The position numbers were made by a program, and so were the translations under genes. 41,988 bases of DNA from Gammaproteobacteria bacterium (lineage in GTDB: Bacteria > Pseudomonadota > Gammaproteobacteria > GCA-001735895), in the NCBI GenBank assembly GCA_041564355.1, contig JBFGQE010000001.1:1-41988 (forward strand). The letters run 5' to 3'. This document shows, piece after piece, positions 9,159-17,258 of this stretch. Within the stretch, counting starts at the first letter, position 1, and every line of letters begins with the position of its first letter. The notes beneath the pieces were generated by a model. That model had not been told where the DNA came from. It worked only from the letters and a program-made list of their open reading frames with translations, and searched no databases.

Positions 9159-10115
9159 TTACACGGAATTGAGCAGCATCAGCTCATCCGGGTGGGGTTG
9201 CATGTAGTAGGAACGCTCGATGTATTCGTTCGGGCATTTGCGAAAATGGTGGCGCAGCAGGGTGATCGGTACGATCAGGGGCAGATAGCCGAGACGATAG
9301 TTTTCGATGCTCTCGCTCAGCTCGCGCTTGTCGTCGCTGTCGAGATCCCGTTTCAGGTAGCCGCGGATATGCTCGAGCACATTGACATGATTGGATCGCC
9401 TGGCGCTGATTTTCAGGATACGCATCAATTCTTCCAGATAGCGCGGCGCGTAATCTTCGATCGGCTGTTGGTGCGCGCCGGATAGCTCGCGCCCGAGCTT
9501 GCGCGCGCTCTCCTGGTGGTGGCTGAATAGAATCAGCTTGTGACGCGCATGAAAATCGGTCAACGCGGCCCAGTCGAGACCGCGCTCGATCATGTCGTGC
9601 CAGCGCTTGTAGATGTAGACGCGCTTGATGAAGCTTTCGCGCAGCACCGGATCGCCAAGGCGGCCCTCTTCCTCGACCGGAAGAGTGGGAAAGTTTTTCA
9701 TCATCGTCGACGTGTAGAGGCCCGCGCCCTTGCGCTGCGCCTGACCGTTCTGGTAGACCCTGACCCGCTCCATGCCGCAGCTCGGCGAATCCTTTTTCAC
9801 GATGTAACCATAGACTTCGCGATGCCAGGATTGTTGCGCCTGGGCGACATCGATTAGTTGTTGCGTGACGTTCAGCGAATCATCCTTGACGCCGACGACA
9901 TCGATGCGGCCGTCGATTTCGACCAGGTGAATAGTCGGCCGCGGCACGCCGAGACCGATCGCCATTTCCGGGCAAAAACTGCGGAAGTTGAAGTAGTGGC
10001 CCAGCGTGTCGAGAATGTAGCGGTTCTGCTTGTGTCCGCCATCGAAGCGGACCTTTTCACCGATCAGGCAGCTGCTGATGCCAAGCGGAATTTTTTCATG
10101 CTGCTGCGCTTCCAC
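9159..10115 (-). CDS. ybgA: YbgA family protein (DUF523 + DUF1722)
   Basis: 318-aa ORF with an N-terminal GISSCLIGEKVRFDGGHK block (DUF523-like) and a helical C-terminal half. It lies directly upstream of the photolyase, as in the E. coli ybgA-phr pair. Confidence 0.82.
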   Translation of the reverse strand: MEAQQHEKIPLGISSCLIGEKVRFDGGHKQNRYILDTLGHYFNFRSFCPEMAIGLGVPRPTIHLVEIDGRIDVVGVKDDSLNVTQQLIDVAQAQQSWHREVYGYIVKKDSPSCGMERVRVYQNGQAQRKGAGLYTSTMMKNFPTLPVEEEGRLGDPVLRESFIKRVYIYKRWHDMIERGLDWAALTDFHARHKLILFSHHQESARKLGRELSGAHQQPIEDYAPRYLEELMRILKISARRSNHVNVLEHIRGYLKRDLDSDDKRELSESIENYRLGYLPLIVPITLLRHHFRKCPNEYIERSYYMQPHPDELMLLNSV

Positions 10116-10146
10116 GGCACTCAGGAGTCGTTTGACCGGCAGCGGC

Positions 10147-10806
10147 TCACGCGTAGCTGCGCCGGATCAGCGGGTTGAGCATACGGCTAAACAGGCCGGT
10201 GAACTGGATCGGTCCCTCGGTGACCGCGAGACAAATGCACTCCCGATCTCGCGTCGCGACAGGAGTATGCTGGTCGTTGGCATCCTTGACCATGAAGTCG
10301 CCCTGGCGATAAACCCCCTGTTCATCGGAAAAACTGCCTTCGAGAATTACCGTGTACTCGTCACCGAGATGGGTATGCGTGGTTGCCGACCCGCCGGGTT
10401 TGATTTTCAATAGCTCGACCTTTGCGCCGTTACTGTCTCGGCATAACTGGACGCTGTGAATATCGGGAGATACCCACTTCCATTTGAGTTCGTCGTAACT
10501 GCCGGTGATGAACTGGCGCAGGCAGCGCGGGACCGAGGAATCGCTCGCCGGCTCGGCGCGAGCGGGTTCGTCGACGATATCGTCAAGGCGCTCGAGCACG
10601 CGCTGCTTCAGGTCTTCCGACGCCGGTGCGGGAGACAATTTTTGCATCAGTTCGCTGCCGACGCGGTTAAGACGGCGCAACTGCGCGCCGCACTGGTCAC
10701 AGTGCTCCAGGTGTGCAGAGATGCACAGCGCCTGGCTCAGCGGCAGGCTGCCGGCGGAGTAAGATGCGAGTAATTCGTTAGCGGGGTGATTAAGTGTTTT
10801 GTCCAT
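10147..10806 (-). CDS. chrR: anti-sigma factor ChrR (zinc-binding ZAS N-domain + cupin C-domain)
   Basis: 219-aa ORF. The N-terminus (ELLASYSAGSLPLSQALCISAHLEHCDQC) contains the H-x3-C-x2-C anti-sigma zinc motif. The C-terminal half is cupin-like (KPGGSATTHTHLGDEYTVILEG). It starts 3 nt after the ECF sigma gene stop. Confidence 0.88.
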   Translation of the reverse strand: MDKTLNHPANELLASYSAGSLPLSQALCISAHLEHCDQCGAQLRRLNRVGSELMQKLSPAPASEDLKQRVLERLDDIVDEPARAEPASDSSVPRCLRQFITGSYDELKWKWVSPDIHSVQLCRDSNGAKVELLKIKPGGSATTHTHLGDEYTVILEGSFSDEQGVYRQGDFMVKDANDQHTPVATRDRECICLAVTEGPIQFTGLFSRMLNPLIRRSYA

Positions 10807-10809
10807 GAT

Positions 10810-11397
10810 TTACCTCTCGACCAAAACTTCGAGCTTCTTCAACGCAAGCCGGACACGCGATTTAACGGTGCCCAGCGGTAGTTGGAGCTCGTCACTGGTT
10901 TGTTGGTGGCTTTTCCCCTCTAAATATACCTTGGTTAAGATTTCAGCTTGTTCTCTTGGCAGCTCGTCCAGTCCTGCTCTAATACTTTCCGCGGCCCGGT
11001 TTTGCTGCACCTGCTGAAACGGGCCGGGATTTTCGTCCTCGATTTCGTTGAACAGGTCGGTCGGGTCGATCTCGGTCACGTAGCGACTGTTGCGGCGCAG
11101 ATAGTCGATGCGACAGTTCCGCGCCAGAGTGAAGATCCACGTGTTCAGGTTGGCCAGGCGGGCGTTGTACTTATCTGCCTTGAGCCACACCCGGGTCATG
11201 ACCTCCTGGACGAGTTCGTCGGCGACGAGGTCCGCGCCCGGCTCGCGCGCAAGGCTGTACGCGCGGATGAGGGGCGCGTAGTGATCGAACAGCTCGGCGA
11301 AAGCGTCCTTATCCTGGCGTTCGGCAATCCTGGCGATGCATTCGGTCAGGGCCGTTAGCTTGTCTCCGGGCACGCTTTCTTTGGTCATAATAGCCAT
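10810..11397 (-). CDS. rpoE: ECF RNA polymerase sigma factor (ChrR-partnered, RpoE type)
   Basis: It has sigma-70 region 2 (DAFAELFDHYAPLIRAY) and a region 4 HTH (SHQQTSDELQLPLGTVKSRVRLALKKLE). I chose ATG 11397 (MAIMTKES...) as the start. The ORF-track start at 11427 lies only 2 nt downstream of the predicted -10 element. ATG 11388 is an alternative. Confidence 0.85.
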   Translation of the reverse strand: MAIMTKESVPGDKLTALTECIARIAERQDKDAFAELFDHYAPLIRAYSLAREPGADLVADELVQEVMTRVWLKADKYNARLANLNTWIFTLARNCRIDYLRRNSRYVTEIDPTDLFNEIEDENPGPFQQVQQNRAAESIRAGLDELPREQAEILTKVYLEGKSHQQTSDELQLPLGTVKSRVRLALKKLEVLVER

Positions 11398-11429
11398 TTC
11401 ACTGGATTGTCCTGTAAGGTTGGGCATTA

Positions 11430-11455
11430 TACGCGGTTAGCAAAAAGATGGATCA
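11430..11455 (-). promoter_or_regulatory. predicted sigmaE(ChrR-type ECF) promoter for rpoE-chrR-ybgA-phrB: TGATCC-N16-CGTA
   Basis: The minus strand reads TGATCC (11455-11450), atctttttgctaaccg (16 nt), then CGTA (11433-11430). Confidence 0.6.
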
Positions 11456-11461
11456 CCAGAT

Positions 11462-11487
11462 TGATCCAATTATTGCCGGGCCGCGTA
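11462..11487 (+). promoter_or_regulatory. predicted sigmaE(ChrR-type ECF) promoter for the cfa-like operon: TGATCC-N16-CGTA
   Basis: The plus strand reads TGATCC (11462-11467), aattattgccgggccg (16 nt), then CGTA (11484-11487). This is ~95 nt upstream of ATG 11584. Confidence 0.6.
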
Positions 11488-11583
11488 ACAGTGCCATCAC
11501 CGGCTGCCCCGTCGCAAAACGCTCGAGCTTAGGTAGGGCAGTGATTGAAAGCGAAATGTTGACGCACAGGAGGACTTGAATAG

Positions 11584-12630
11584 ATGAATGCAGCGGGTAA
11601 CCGGGCGATAGGCTGGGTCGAACAGGGTCTCGTTCCGGATCGGGTGGTGCGCGCCGGCATTCGTCGGTTGTTGCAGCAAAGGTTGCAGGAGATCAATGCG
11701 GCCGATTGCGCGGACGCGGCGACCCGGCTCGACGAGTTCGTGCAGATGATGGACGAGTCGCCGGTTGCGCCCATACCGGAAAAGGCCAACGAGCAGCACT
11801 ACGAACTGCCGGCTGAGTTTTTCATCGAGGTGCTCGGCGAGCAGCGCAAGTACAGCAGCTGTTATTGGGATGCAGGCGACCGAAGCCTCGAGCAGGCCGA
11901 AAACTCGGCTTTGCGCATTACTTGCGAACGTGCCGGGATCGCCGACGGTATGAAGGTACTGGAACTCGGTTGCGGTTGGGGCGCACTGACTCTGTGGATT
12001 GCTCGGCATTACGCCGACGTGCAGATTACGGCCGTGTCCAACTCGAACGGGCAGCGCGAGCACATCGAGGCCGAGGCCGCGCGTCAGGGACTAGACAACG
12101 TGCGCGTCATCACTGCCGATATGAACGATTTTGCCATCGATGCGCGGTTCGACCGTGTCGTATCGCTGGAAATGTTCGAGCACATGCGCAATTACCGGAA
12201 ATTGTTCGGGCGCGTGCATGGCTGGCTCAAACCGGGCGGGCGCTTCTTCATGCACATATTCTGCCATCGCCTGGTGCCCTACGAGTTTGTCGATCGCGAT
12301 GCCAGTGACTGGATGAGCCGTTACTTTTTCAGCGGTGGAATTATGCCCAGCGATGCCCTTCCGCTTCGCTTTCAGCAGGATCTGCGGCTTTGCAGGCAGT
12401 GGCGCTGGGACGGTCGTCACTACGAAAAAACATTGAATGCCTGGCTCGCGCGCATGGATGAGCGCAAGGGCCGGATAATGCCGATTCTGCAACGGACCTA
12501 CGGCGCCGATGCGGAAGTCTGGTGGGTGCGCTGGCGCCTGTTTTTCATGGCCTGTGCCGAGTTGTTCGGCTACAGCGACGGTCAGGAATGGTGGGTCAGC
12601 CACTATTTGTTCGAGCGTCCGCAGGGTTAG
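11584..12630 (+). CDS. SAM-dependent methyltransferase of the cyclopropane-fatty-acyl-phospholipid (mycolic acid cyclopropane) synthase family, short form
   Basis: 348-aa ORF with SAM motif I (VLELGCGWGALTLWIA) and downstream SLEMFEHM / LKPGGRFF blocks typical of the CFA-synthase fold. An AGGAGG lies 10 nt upstream of the ATG. Confidence 0.85.
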   Translation: MNAAGNRAIGWVEQGLVPDRVVRAGIRRLLQQRLQEINAADCADAATRLDEFVQMMDESPVAPIPEKANEQHYELPAEFFIEVLGEQRKYSSCYWDAGDRSLEQAENSALRITCERAGIADGMKVLELGCGWGALTLWIARHYADVQITAVSNSNGQREHIEAEAARQGLDNVRVITADMNDFAIDARFDRVVSLEMFEHMRNYRKLFGRVHGWLKPGGRFFMHIFCHRLVPYEFVDRDASDWMSRYFFSGGIMPSDALPLRFQQDLRLCRQWRWDGRHYEKTLNAWLARMDERKGRIMPILQRTYGADAEVWWVRWRLFFMACAELFGYSDGQEWWVSHYLFERPQG

Positions 12631-12641
12631 CGGGGGAGCGG

Positions 12642-13193
12642 GTGAAAATTTTGATCAATATCGTCATCTATCAGGCCTGTTGGTTGGCTTGCATCATCGG
12701 CGCGGCCAACGGCCTGCCGCTGACCGGCGTCGTTGCCGCGGCGCTGGCCGTGGCCTATCACCTCTACAGCGCGGACAGGCCGGGACCAGAAGTGGTATTG
12801 ATCCTGATCGCCGCGGTGATCGGTGGCGTCTGGGACAGCCTGCTGGTTGCGGCGGGGTGGCTCGTCTACCCGAACGGCATTTTGATCGACGGTACCGCGC
12901 CCTACTGGATTGTCGCGCTCTGGATCGGTTTCGCGACCACGTTCAACGTGAGCCTGCGCTGGTTCAAGCAACACCTCGTGCTGGCCTCCGTGTTCGGCGC
13001 GATCGGCGGACCGCTCGCGTTTCTCGCCGGAGAACGTCTCGACGGGGTGGTGTTCGGCAGCTACACGGCGGGTCTGACCGCGCTCGCGCTTGGCTGGGCC
13101 GTGCTGATGCCGCTGATGATGTTAATTTCCAATCGCTGGAACGGGTTCGATTCGGCGGAAGCGCCGCGTGCCGTTGCGGCCGCAATCGATTGA
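12642..13193 (+). CDS. DUF2878-like integral membrane protein
   Basis: The GTG at 12642 is preceded by GGGGGAG. The product (VKILINIVIYQACWLACIIGAANG...) has ~5 hydrophobic helices and the N-terminal pattern I associate with DUF2878. The longer ORF-track start (12522) would overlap the upstream gene. Confidence 0.7.
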   Translation: MKILINIVIYQACWLACIIGAANGLPLTGVVAAALAVAYHLYSADRPGPEVVLILIAAVIGGVWDSLLVAAGWLVYPNGILIDGTAPYWIVALWIGFATTFNVSLRWFKQHLVLASVFGAIGGPLAFLAGERLDGVVFGSYTAGLTALALGWAVLMPLMMLISNRWNGFDSAEAPRAVAAAID

Positions 13194-13204
13194 TAGAGGT
13201 CATT

Positions 13205-14002
13205 ATGTTTTACCTGGATAGCTACTTGACCGGCCTGGCGGTGTTGCTTGCCGCCGGTGTGCTGGTATGGCTTATTAGCCTCGTGCGGCGGGACGTCAGT
13301 ATCGTCGATAGCCTGTGGCCGGCGATGTTCGTTTTCGCCGCGGTGACGTATTACCTGACGCTACCGCAGGTGGGGCCGCGGGCGCAGATCGTGCTGGTCC
13401 TGATAACGGTCGCTTCGCTGCGCCTGTTTACGCATATTACCTGGCGCAACTGGGGCGAGGAGGAAGACCGCCGTTACCAGAAGATCCGCGAGAATAACGA
13501 ACCGAATTTCGCCCTGAAGAGTCTCTATATCGTGTTCGGCCTGCAGGCCCTGATTGCCTGGGTCGTATCGCTGCCGCTGCTGGCGGCCAGCGCGGGACAG
13601 GCGCCGCTTGGGTTGATCGATTATATCGGCATCGCGCTGTGGTTCGTGGGTTTCGTTTTCGAAGCAGGCGGCGATTACCAGCTCAGTCGTTTCAAGGCGG
13701 ATCCGGGCAACAAGGGCAAGGTGCTCGATAGTGGATTGTGGCGCTACTCCCGCCATCCTAACTACTTCGGCAACGCGGCGATCTGGTGGGGTTTCGGCCT
13801 GATCGCGCTCGGCGCGGGCGCCTGGTGGGCACTGGTTTCGCCCGTGGTCATGACTTTTCTGCTGCTTAAGGTGTCCGGCGTTTCGCTGCTCGAAGCAGAC
13901 ATCGGCGACCGCCGGCCTGCCTATGCCGACTACGTCGAGCGGACCAGCGCGTTTATCCCGTTGCCGCCGAAGAAAAGCAGCACCGCGGCGCAACGGAGCT
14001 AA
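13205..14002 (+). CDS. DUF1295 family membrane protein (steroid 5-alpha-reductase / ICMT-like fold)
   Basis: The ATG at 13205 (MFYLDSYLTGLAVLLAAG...) starts a multi-TM protein. It carries the C-terminal WRYSRHPNYFGNAAIWWGFGL block characteristic of this family. The upstream part of the 497-aa ORF is an out-of-context extension. Confidence 0.8.
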   Translation: MFYLDSYLTGLAVLLAAGVLVWLISLVRRDVSIVDSLWPAMFVFAAVTYYLTLPQVGPRAQIVLVLITVASLRLFTHITWRNWGEEEDRRYQKIRENNEPNFALKSLYIVFGLQALIAWVVSLPLLAASAGQAPLGLIDYIGIALWFVGFVFEAGGDYQLSRFKADPGNKGKVLDSGLWRYSRHPNYFGNAAIWWGFGLIALGAGAWWALVSPVVMTFLLLKVSGVSLLEADIGDRRPAYADYVERTSAFIPLPPKKSSTAAQRS

Positions 14003-14006
14003 GGTG

Positions 14007-14747
14007 ATGCAATTCAAGCCTTCACTGCTCCGTATCGCGGCCGCGTGTTTTGCGGTAACGCTCGTATTTGCCGGGCAGGCCCAGGCGTCTGCAACCAGCA
14101 GCAAAGAGTTCCGCTTTCGTGTGTTGCTCAACGATGACGAGATCGGGACGCACAATTTTCGCGTCAGTCGCGAGGCGGGTGACGAAATCGTCGAGATCGA
14201 CGCTGACTTCAGGGTGACTTTCCTTGGCATTACGGTTTATTCCTACGACCACGCAAATCGCGAACGCTGGCGCAACGGCTGTCTCGACCAGATCGATTCG
14301 CGCACCGACGACAATGGCGACAAGTTCGCGGTGGACGGCAAAGACCGGGGCGAGGACTTCGAGGTTTCGACTCAGGACGGCCAGCGGCAACTCGATGCAA
14401 ACTGCGTGATGACCTTTGCCTATTGGAATCGAGATTACCTCAGCCAGACGCGTTTGTTGAATTCGCAAAACGGAGAGTTTCTCGAGATAGAGGTCGAAGC
14501 AGGAGGCCTGGAGCGCCTGCGTTTCGACGAGCAGCAGGTTGCTACCGAGCGCTACCGCTTGCGCAATCGCGAGCGCGGTATCGATATCACCGTCTGGTAT
14601 GCCGCGGACACCGGCAGGTGGCTATGCCTGGAATCGCGGGTCGACGGCAGGGTTATTCGTTATTTGCCCGAAGGGGTTGCCACGATGGCGCGTCTCGATC
14701 AACCCGTCGCGGAGAAATTGGCTCCGCGTGACATGGTCGATCCCTGA
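14007..14747 (+). CDS. secreted hypothetical protein, beta-rich (possibly DUF3108/DUF6134-like)
   Basis: The ATG at 14007 gives a signal peptide MQFKPSLLRIAAACFAVTLVFAGQAQA|SA. The mature part has an alternating beta-strand-like pattern (FRFRVLLNDDEIGTHNFRVS..., VEIDADFRVTFLGITVYSY). The family guess is weak. Confidence 0.6.
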   Translation: MQFKPSLLRIAAACFAVTLVFAGQAQASATSSKEFRFRVLLNDDEIGTHNFRVSREAGDEIVEIDADFRVTFLGITVYSYDHANRERWRNGCLDQIDSRTDDNGDKFAVDGKDRGEDFEVSTQDGQRQLDANCVMTFAYWNRDYLSQTRLLNSQNGEFLEIEVEAGGLERLRFDEQQVATERYRLRNRERGIDITVWYAADTGRWLCLESRVDGRVIRYLPEGVATMARLDQPVAEKLAPRDMVDP

Positions 14748-14748
14748 T

Positions 14749-15276
14749 ATGTCCCGGATACGCCTGGTCGGAGCTGCCCTCGTCGGCCTGTTGACGCTCG
14801 GTGCCTGCGCATCGACCCAGCCGATCCGCACCGTCGATTACGTGGATCTCGAGCGGTTCATGGGCGACTGGTACGTCATCGCCAACATACCGACCTTCGT
14901 CGAAGAGGGTGCGCATAACGCGGTAGAATCCTATCGTCTCGAAGATGACGGTACGATCGCCACTACGTTTACTTTCCGTGACGGTGACTTTGACGGCGAG
15001 CTCAAACGCTATAACCCGCGTGGCTTCGTGCGCGACGATCCTTCCAACGCGGTCTGGGGTATGCAGTTCATCTGGCCGTTCAAGGCCGAGTACCGCATCA
15101 TTTACCTGAGCGATGATTACGCGCGCACGATTATTGGCCGCAGTGCGCGCGATTACGTATGGATCATGGCGAGGACCCCCCAAATCGAAACCGCCGAGTA
15201 CGACGCGATGCTGAAACTGCTTGGCGAGGTCGGCTACGATGTCTCGCAGGTGCAAAAAGTGCCGCAGCGCTGGTAG
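14749..15276 (+). CDS. blc: outer-membrane lipoprotein Blc (bacterial lipocalin)
   Basis: The ATG at 14749 is 1 nt after the previous stop. It has the lipobox LTLGAC and lipocalin blocks FMGDWYVIANIP and YIWPFKAEYRIIYL-like (FIWPFKAEYRIIYLSDDY...WIMAR). Confidence 0.85.
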   Translation: MSRIRLVGAALVGLLTLGACASTQPIRTVDYVDLERFMGDWYVIANIPTFVEEGAHNAVESYRLEDDGTIATTFTFRDGDFDGELKRYNPRGFVRDDPSNAVWGMQFIWPFKAEYRIIYLSDDYARTIIGRSARDYVWIMARTPQIETAEYDAMLKLLGEVGYDVSQVQKVPQRW

Positions 15277-15283
15277 CGGCGAC

Positions 15284-15309
15284 TGATCCAGCGATGTCAT
15301 GGGTTCGTA
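15284..15309 (+). promoter_or_regulatory. predicted third sigmaE(ChrR-type ECF) promoter: TGATCC-N16-CGTA
   Basis: The plus strand reads TGATCC (15284-15289), agcgatgtcatgggtt (16 nt), then CGTA (15306-15309). It sits 8 nt after the blc stop and ~40 nt before ATG 15348. Confidence 0.55.
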
Positions 15310-15347
15310 TAACAGGTCCGAAAGCCAAAGCATGAGAGTAATCTGAT

Positions 15348-15776
15348 ATGCAGTCAACCCCGGCCCTTGTTGATCGTTTCAAGGAGTTTTTCAGAATCCC
15401 GCGGCACGCCGATCCGAGCCGCTTGCGCGAGCTTTACTCGGATCGAATCGTGTTCCGCGACCCGGCGCGGGAGATTCGCGGCCTGGTGGAGCTCGAGGAT
15501 TATTTTGCTCGCCTGCGCGACGACCTGGGCGACGGGCGCTTCGAATACCTCGATGAACTGGCGCTGGGCAATACGGTTTATCTCAAGTGGAACCTGCATT
15601 TCAGGCATCCGCACGCGGGCGGGCGGGCAATCAGTCTGCGCGGTGTCAGTCATTTGCAGGGTCGTGACAAGATCGAGTTCCACGAAGACTTGTATGATCT
15701 TGCCGCAATGCGCTATGACCAACTGCCCCGGCTGGGCCGGTTCGCGCGTTGGCTCAATCTGAACCGGGCGAGTTAG
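15348..15776 (+). CDS. NTF2-like / SnoaL-like family protein
   Basis: 142-aa ORF. Its size and pattern (LRELYSDRIVFRDPAREIRGLVELEDYF...YLKWNLHF) resemble small NTF2-fold proteins. It is the first gene after the third ECF promoter. Confidence 0.65.
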   Translation: MQSTPALVDRFKEFFRIPRHADPSRLRELYSDRIVFRDPAREIRGLVELEDYFARLRDDLGDGRFEYLDELALGNTVYLKWNLHFRHPHAGGRAISLRGVSHLQGRDKIEFHEDLYDLAAMRYDQLPRLGRFARWLNLNRAS

Positions 15777-15953
15777 GGCAGTGGACCGAGCGAGCACCGC
15801 GGCCGGATGCAATTCGCGGATTACCTGTGATAAGCTCGGCAGGTTGTCGCCGAGAAAAAAAGGGCTATGCGCGGCAACAGCGTGGCCGGAGCCGATCCGG
15901 TTCGCGCCCAGGAATAATCAACAACAAGACCAGAGCGCCCAAGGGTTCGGCCA

Positions 15954-17258
15954 ATGAGGATTGCAATTGTCGGGACCGGTATATCCGGTTTGAGCGCCGC
16001 GTATTACCTGCGCGACGGGCACGATGTTGCAATTTTTGAGTCGGCCGAGCGCATCGGCGGGCACACCGCGACGATCGATGTGGAGCTGGCGGGACGCGAG
16101 TACGCGATCGACACCGGCTTTATCGTTTACAACGACTGGACCTACCCCAATTTCATCGAGCTGCTGGAAGAACTCGGCGTCGAGACGCAGCCGACCGAGA
16201 TGAGTTTCAGCGTGCGCTGCGACGCCAGCGGGCTCGAGTATGGCGGGAACAATCTGAACACGCTTTTCGCGCAGCGCCGTAACCTGCTGCGGCCCTCTTT
16301 CCACGGTATGTTACGCGACATTTTGCGGTTCAACCGCGAAGCCGTAAGCGATCTCGAAAGGGGGGAGATTGCGGCCGACGTCACGCTGGGAGAGTATCTC
16401 GAGATGAACGGCTATGGCGAGGCATTTCGCTACCAGTATCTGCTGCCGATGGGTTGCGCGATCTGGTCGGCGTCGACCCGCCGGATGATCGATTTTCCGC
16501 TATTGTTCTTTACCCGTTTTTTCAAGAACCATGGCTTGCTGAGCGTAAATGACCGTCCGCAATGGCATGTCATCAAGGGCGGCTCGCGCTGTTACCTCGA
16601 GCCGCTGACCCGGGACTTCAGCGACGCGATCCGCCTCAATGCCAAGATCGATTCGATTCGGCGCCGCGGGGACGGGGTTGATCTGCACTTGGCCGATGGC
16701 CGTGTCGAGGCTTTCGACCAGGTCGTTCTGGCCTGTCACAGCGACCAGGCGCTGGCCCTGCTCGATGACGCGACCCTGGCGGAACGCGCTGCGCTGGCCG
16801 CGATTCCCTACCAGGCCAACGAGGTCGTGCTGCACACCGATACCAACCTGCTGCCCCGAAGCCGGCGTGCCTGGTCCAGCTGGAATTACTGGCTGCGCGA
16901 GCGCTACCAGCAGCGAGCCGTATTGACCTACAACATGAATATCCTGCAGGGCCTCGACGCGGAGCCGACCTTTTGCGTAACGCTGAATGCCACCGAGAGC
17001 ATCGCGCCGCGGCGGATCATTCAGAAGTTCGAGTACAGCCACCCGGTATTTTCGCTCGAGGGCATCGATGCGGCGCAACGCATTCGTAAATTTAACGGCC
17101 TGAACCGGACCTGGTTCGCCGGCGCCTGGCTGGGCAACGGATTTCATGAAGACGGAGTGCGCAGCGCGCGCGAGGTAGCCGATGCAATCGGCCGGTCGAG
17201 CGCATCGACGCAAGACCGTGCGCATGCCGCTAAGGTGGCGGGCAGCAGCTATGCATAG
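15954..17258 (+). CDS. NAD(P)/FAD-dependent oxidoreductase (flavin amine-oxidase/desaturase-like)
   Basis: 434-aa ORF with the N-terminal dinucleotide fold MRIAIVGTGISGLSAAYYL...FESAERIGGH. It has the conserved position upstream of DUF1365 and a CFA-synthase-like gene. Confidence 0.85.
   Translation: MRIAIVGTGISGLSAAYYLRDGHDVAIFESAERIGGHTATIDVELAGREYAIDTGFIVYNDWTYPNFIELLEELGVETQPTEMSFSVRCDASGLEYGGNNLNTLFAQRRNLLRPSFHGMLRDILRFNREAVSDLERGEIAADVTLGEYLEMNGYGEAFRYQYLLPMGCAIWSASTRRMIDFPLLFFTRFFKNHGLLSVNDRPQWHVIKGGSRCYLEPLTRDFSDAIRLNAKIDSIRRRGDGVDLHLADGRVEAFDQVVLACHSDQALALLDDATLAERAALAAIPYQANEVVLHTDTNLLPRSRRAWSSWNYWLRERYQQRAVLTYNMNILQGLDAEPTFCVTLNATESIAPRRIIQKFEYSHPVFSLEGIDAAQRIRKFNGLNRTWFAGAWLGNGFHEDGVRSAREVADAIGRSSASTQDRAHAAKVAGSSYA

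Noticed and set aside
15893-15918. Degenerate ECF-like motif CGATCC-N16-TAAT upstream of the FAD oxidoreductase gene
   Set aside because: The spacing matches, but both elements deviate (C for T in the -35; no CGTA core in the -10). I cannot distinguish it from chance, so I did not count it as a fourth promoter.
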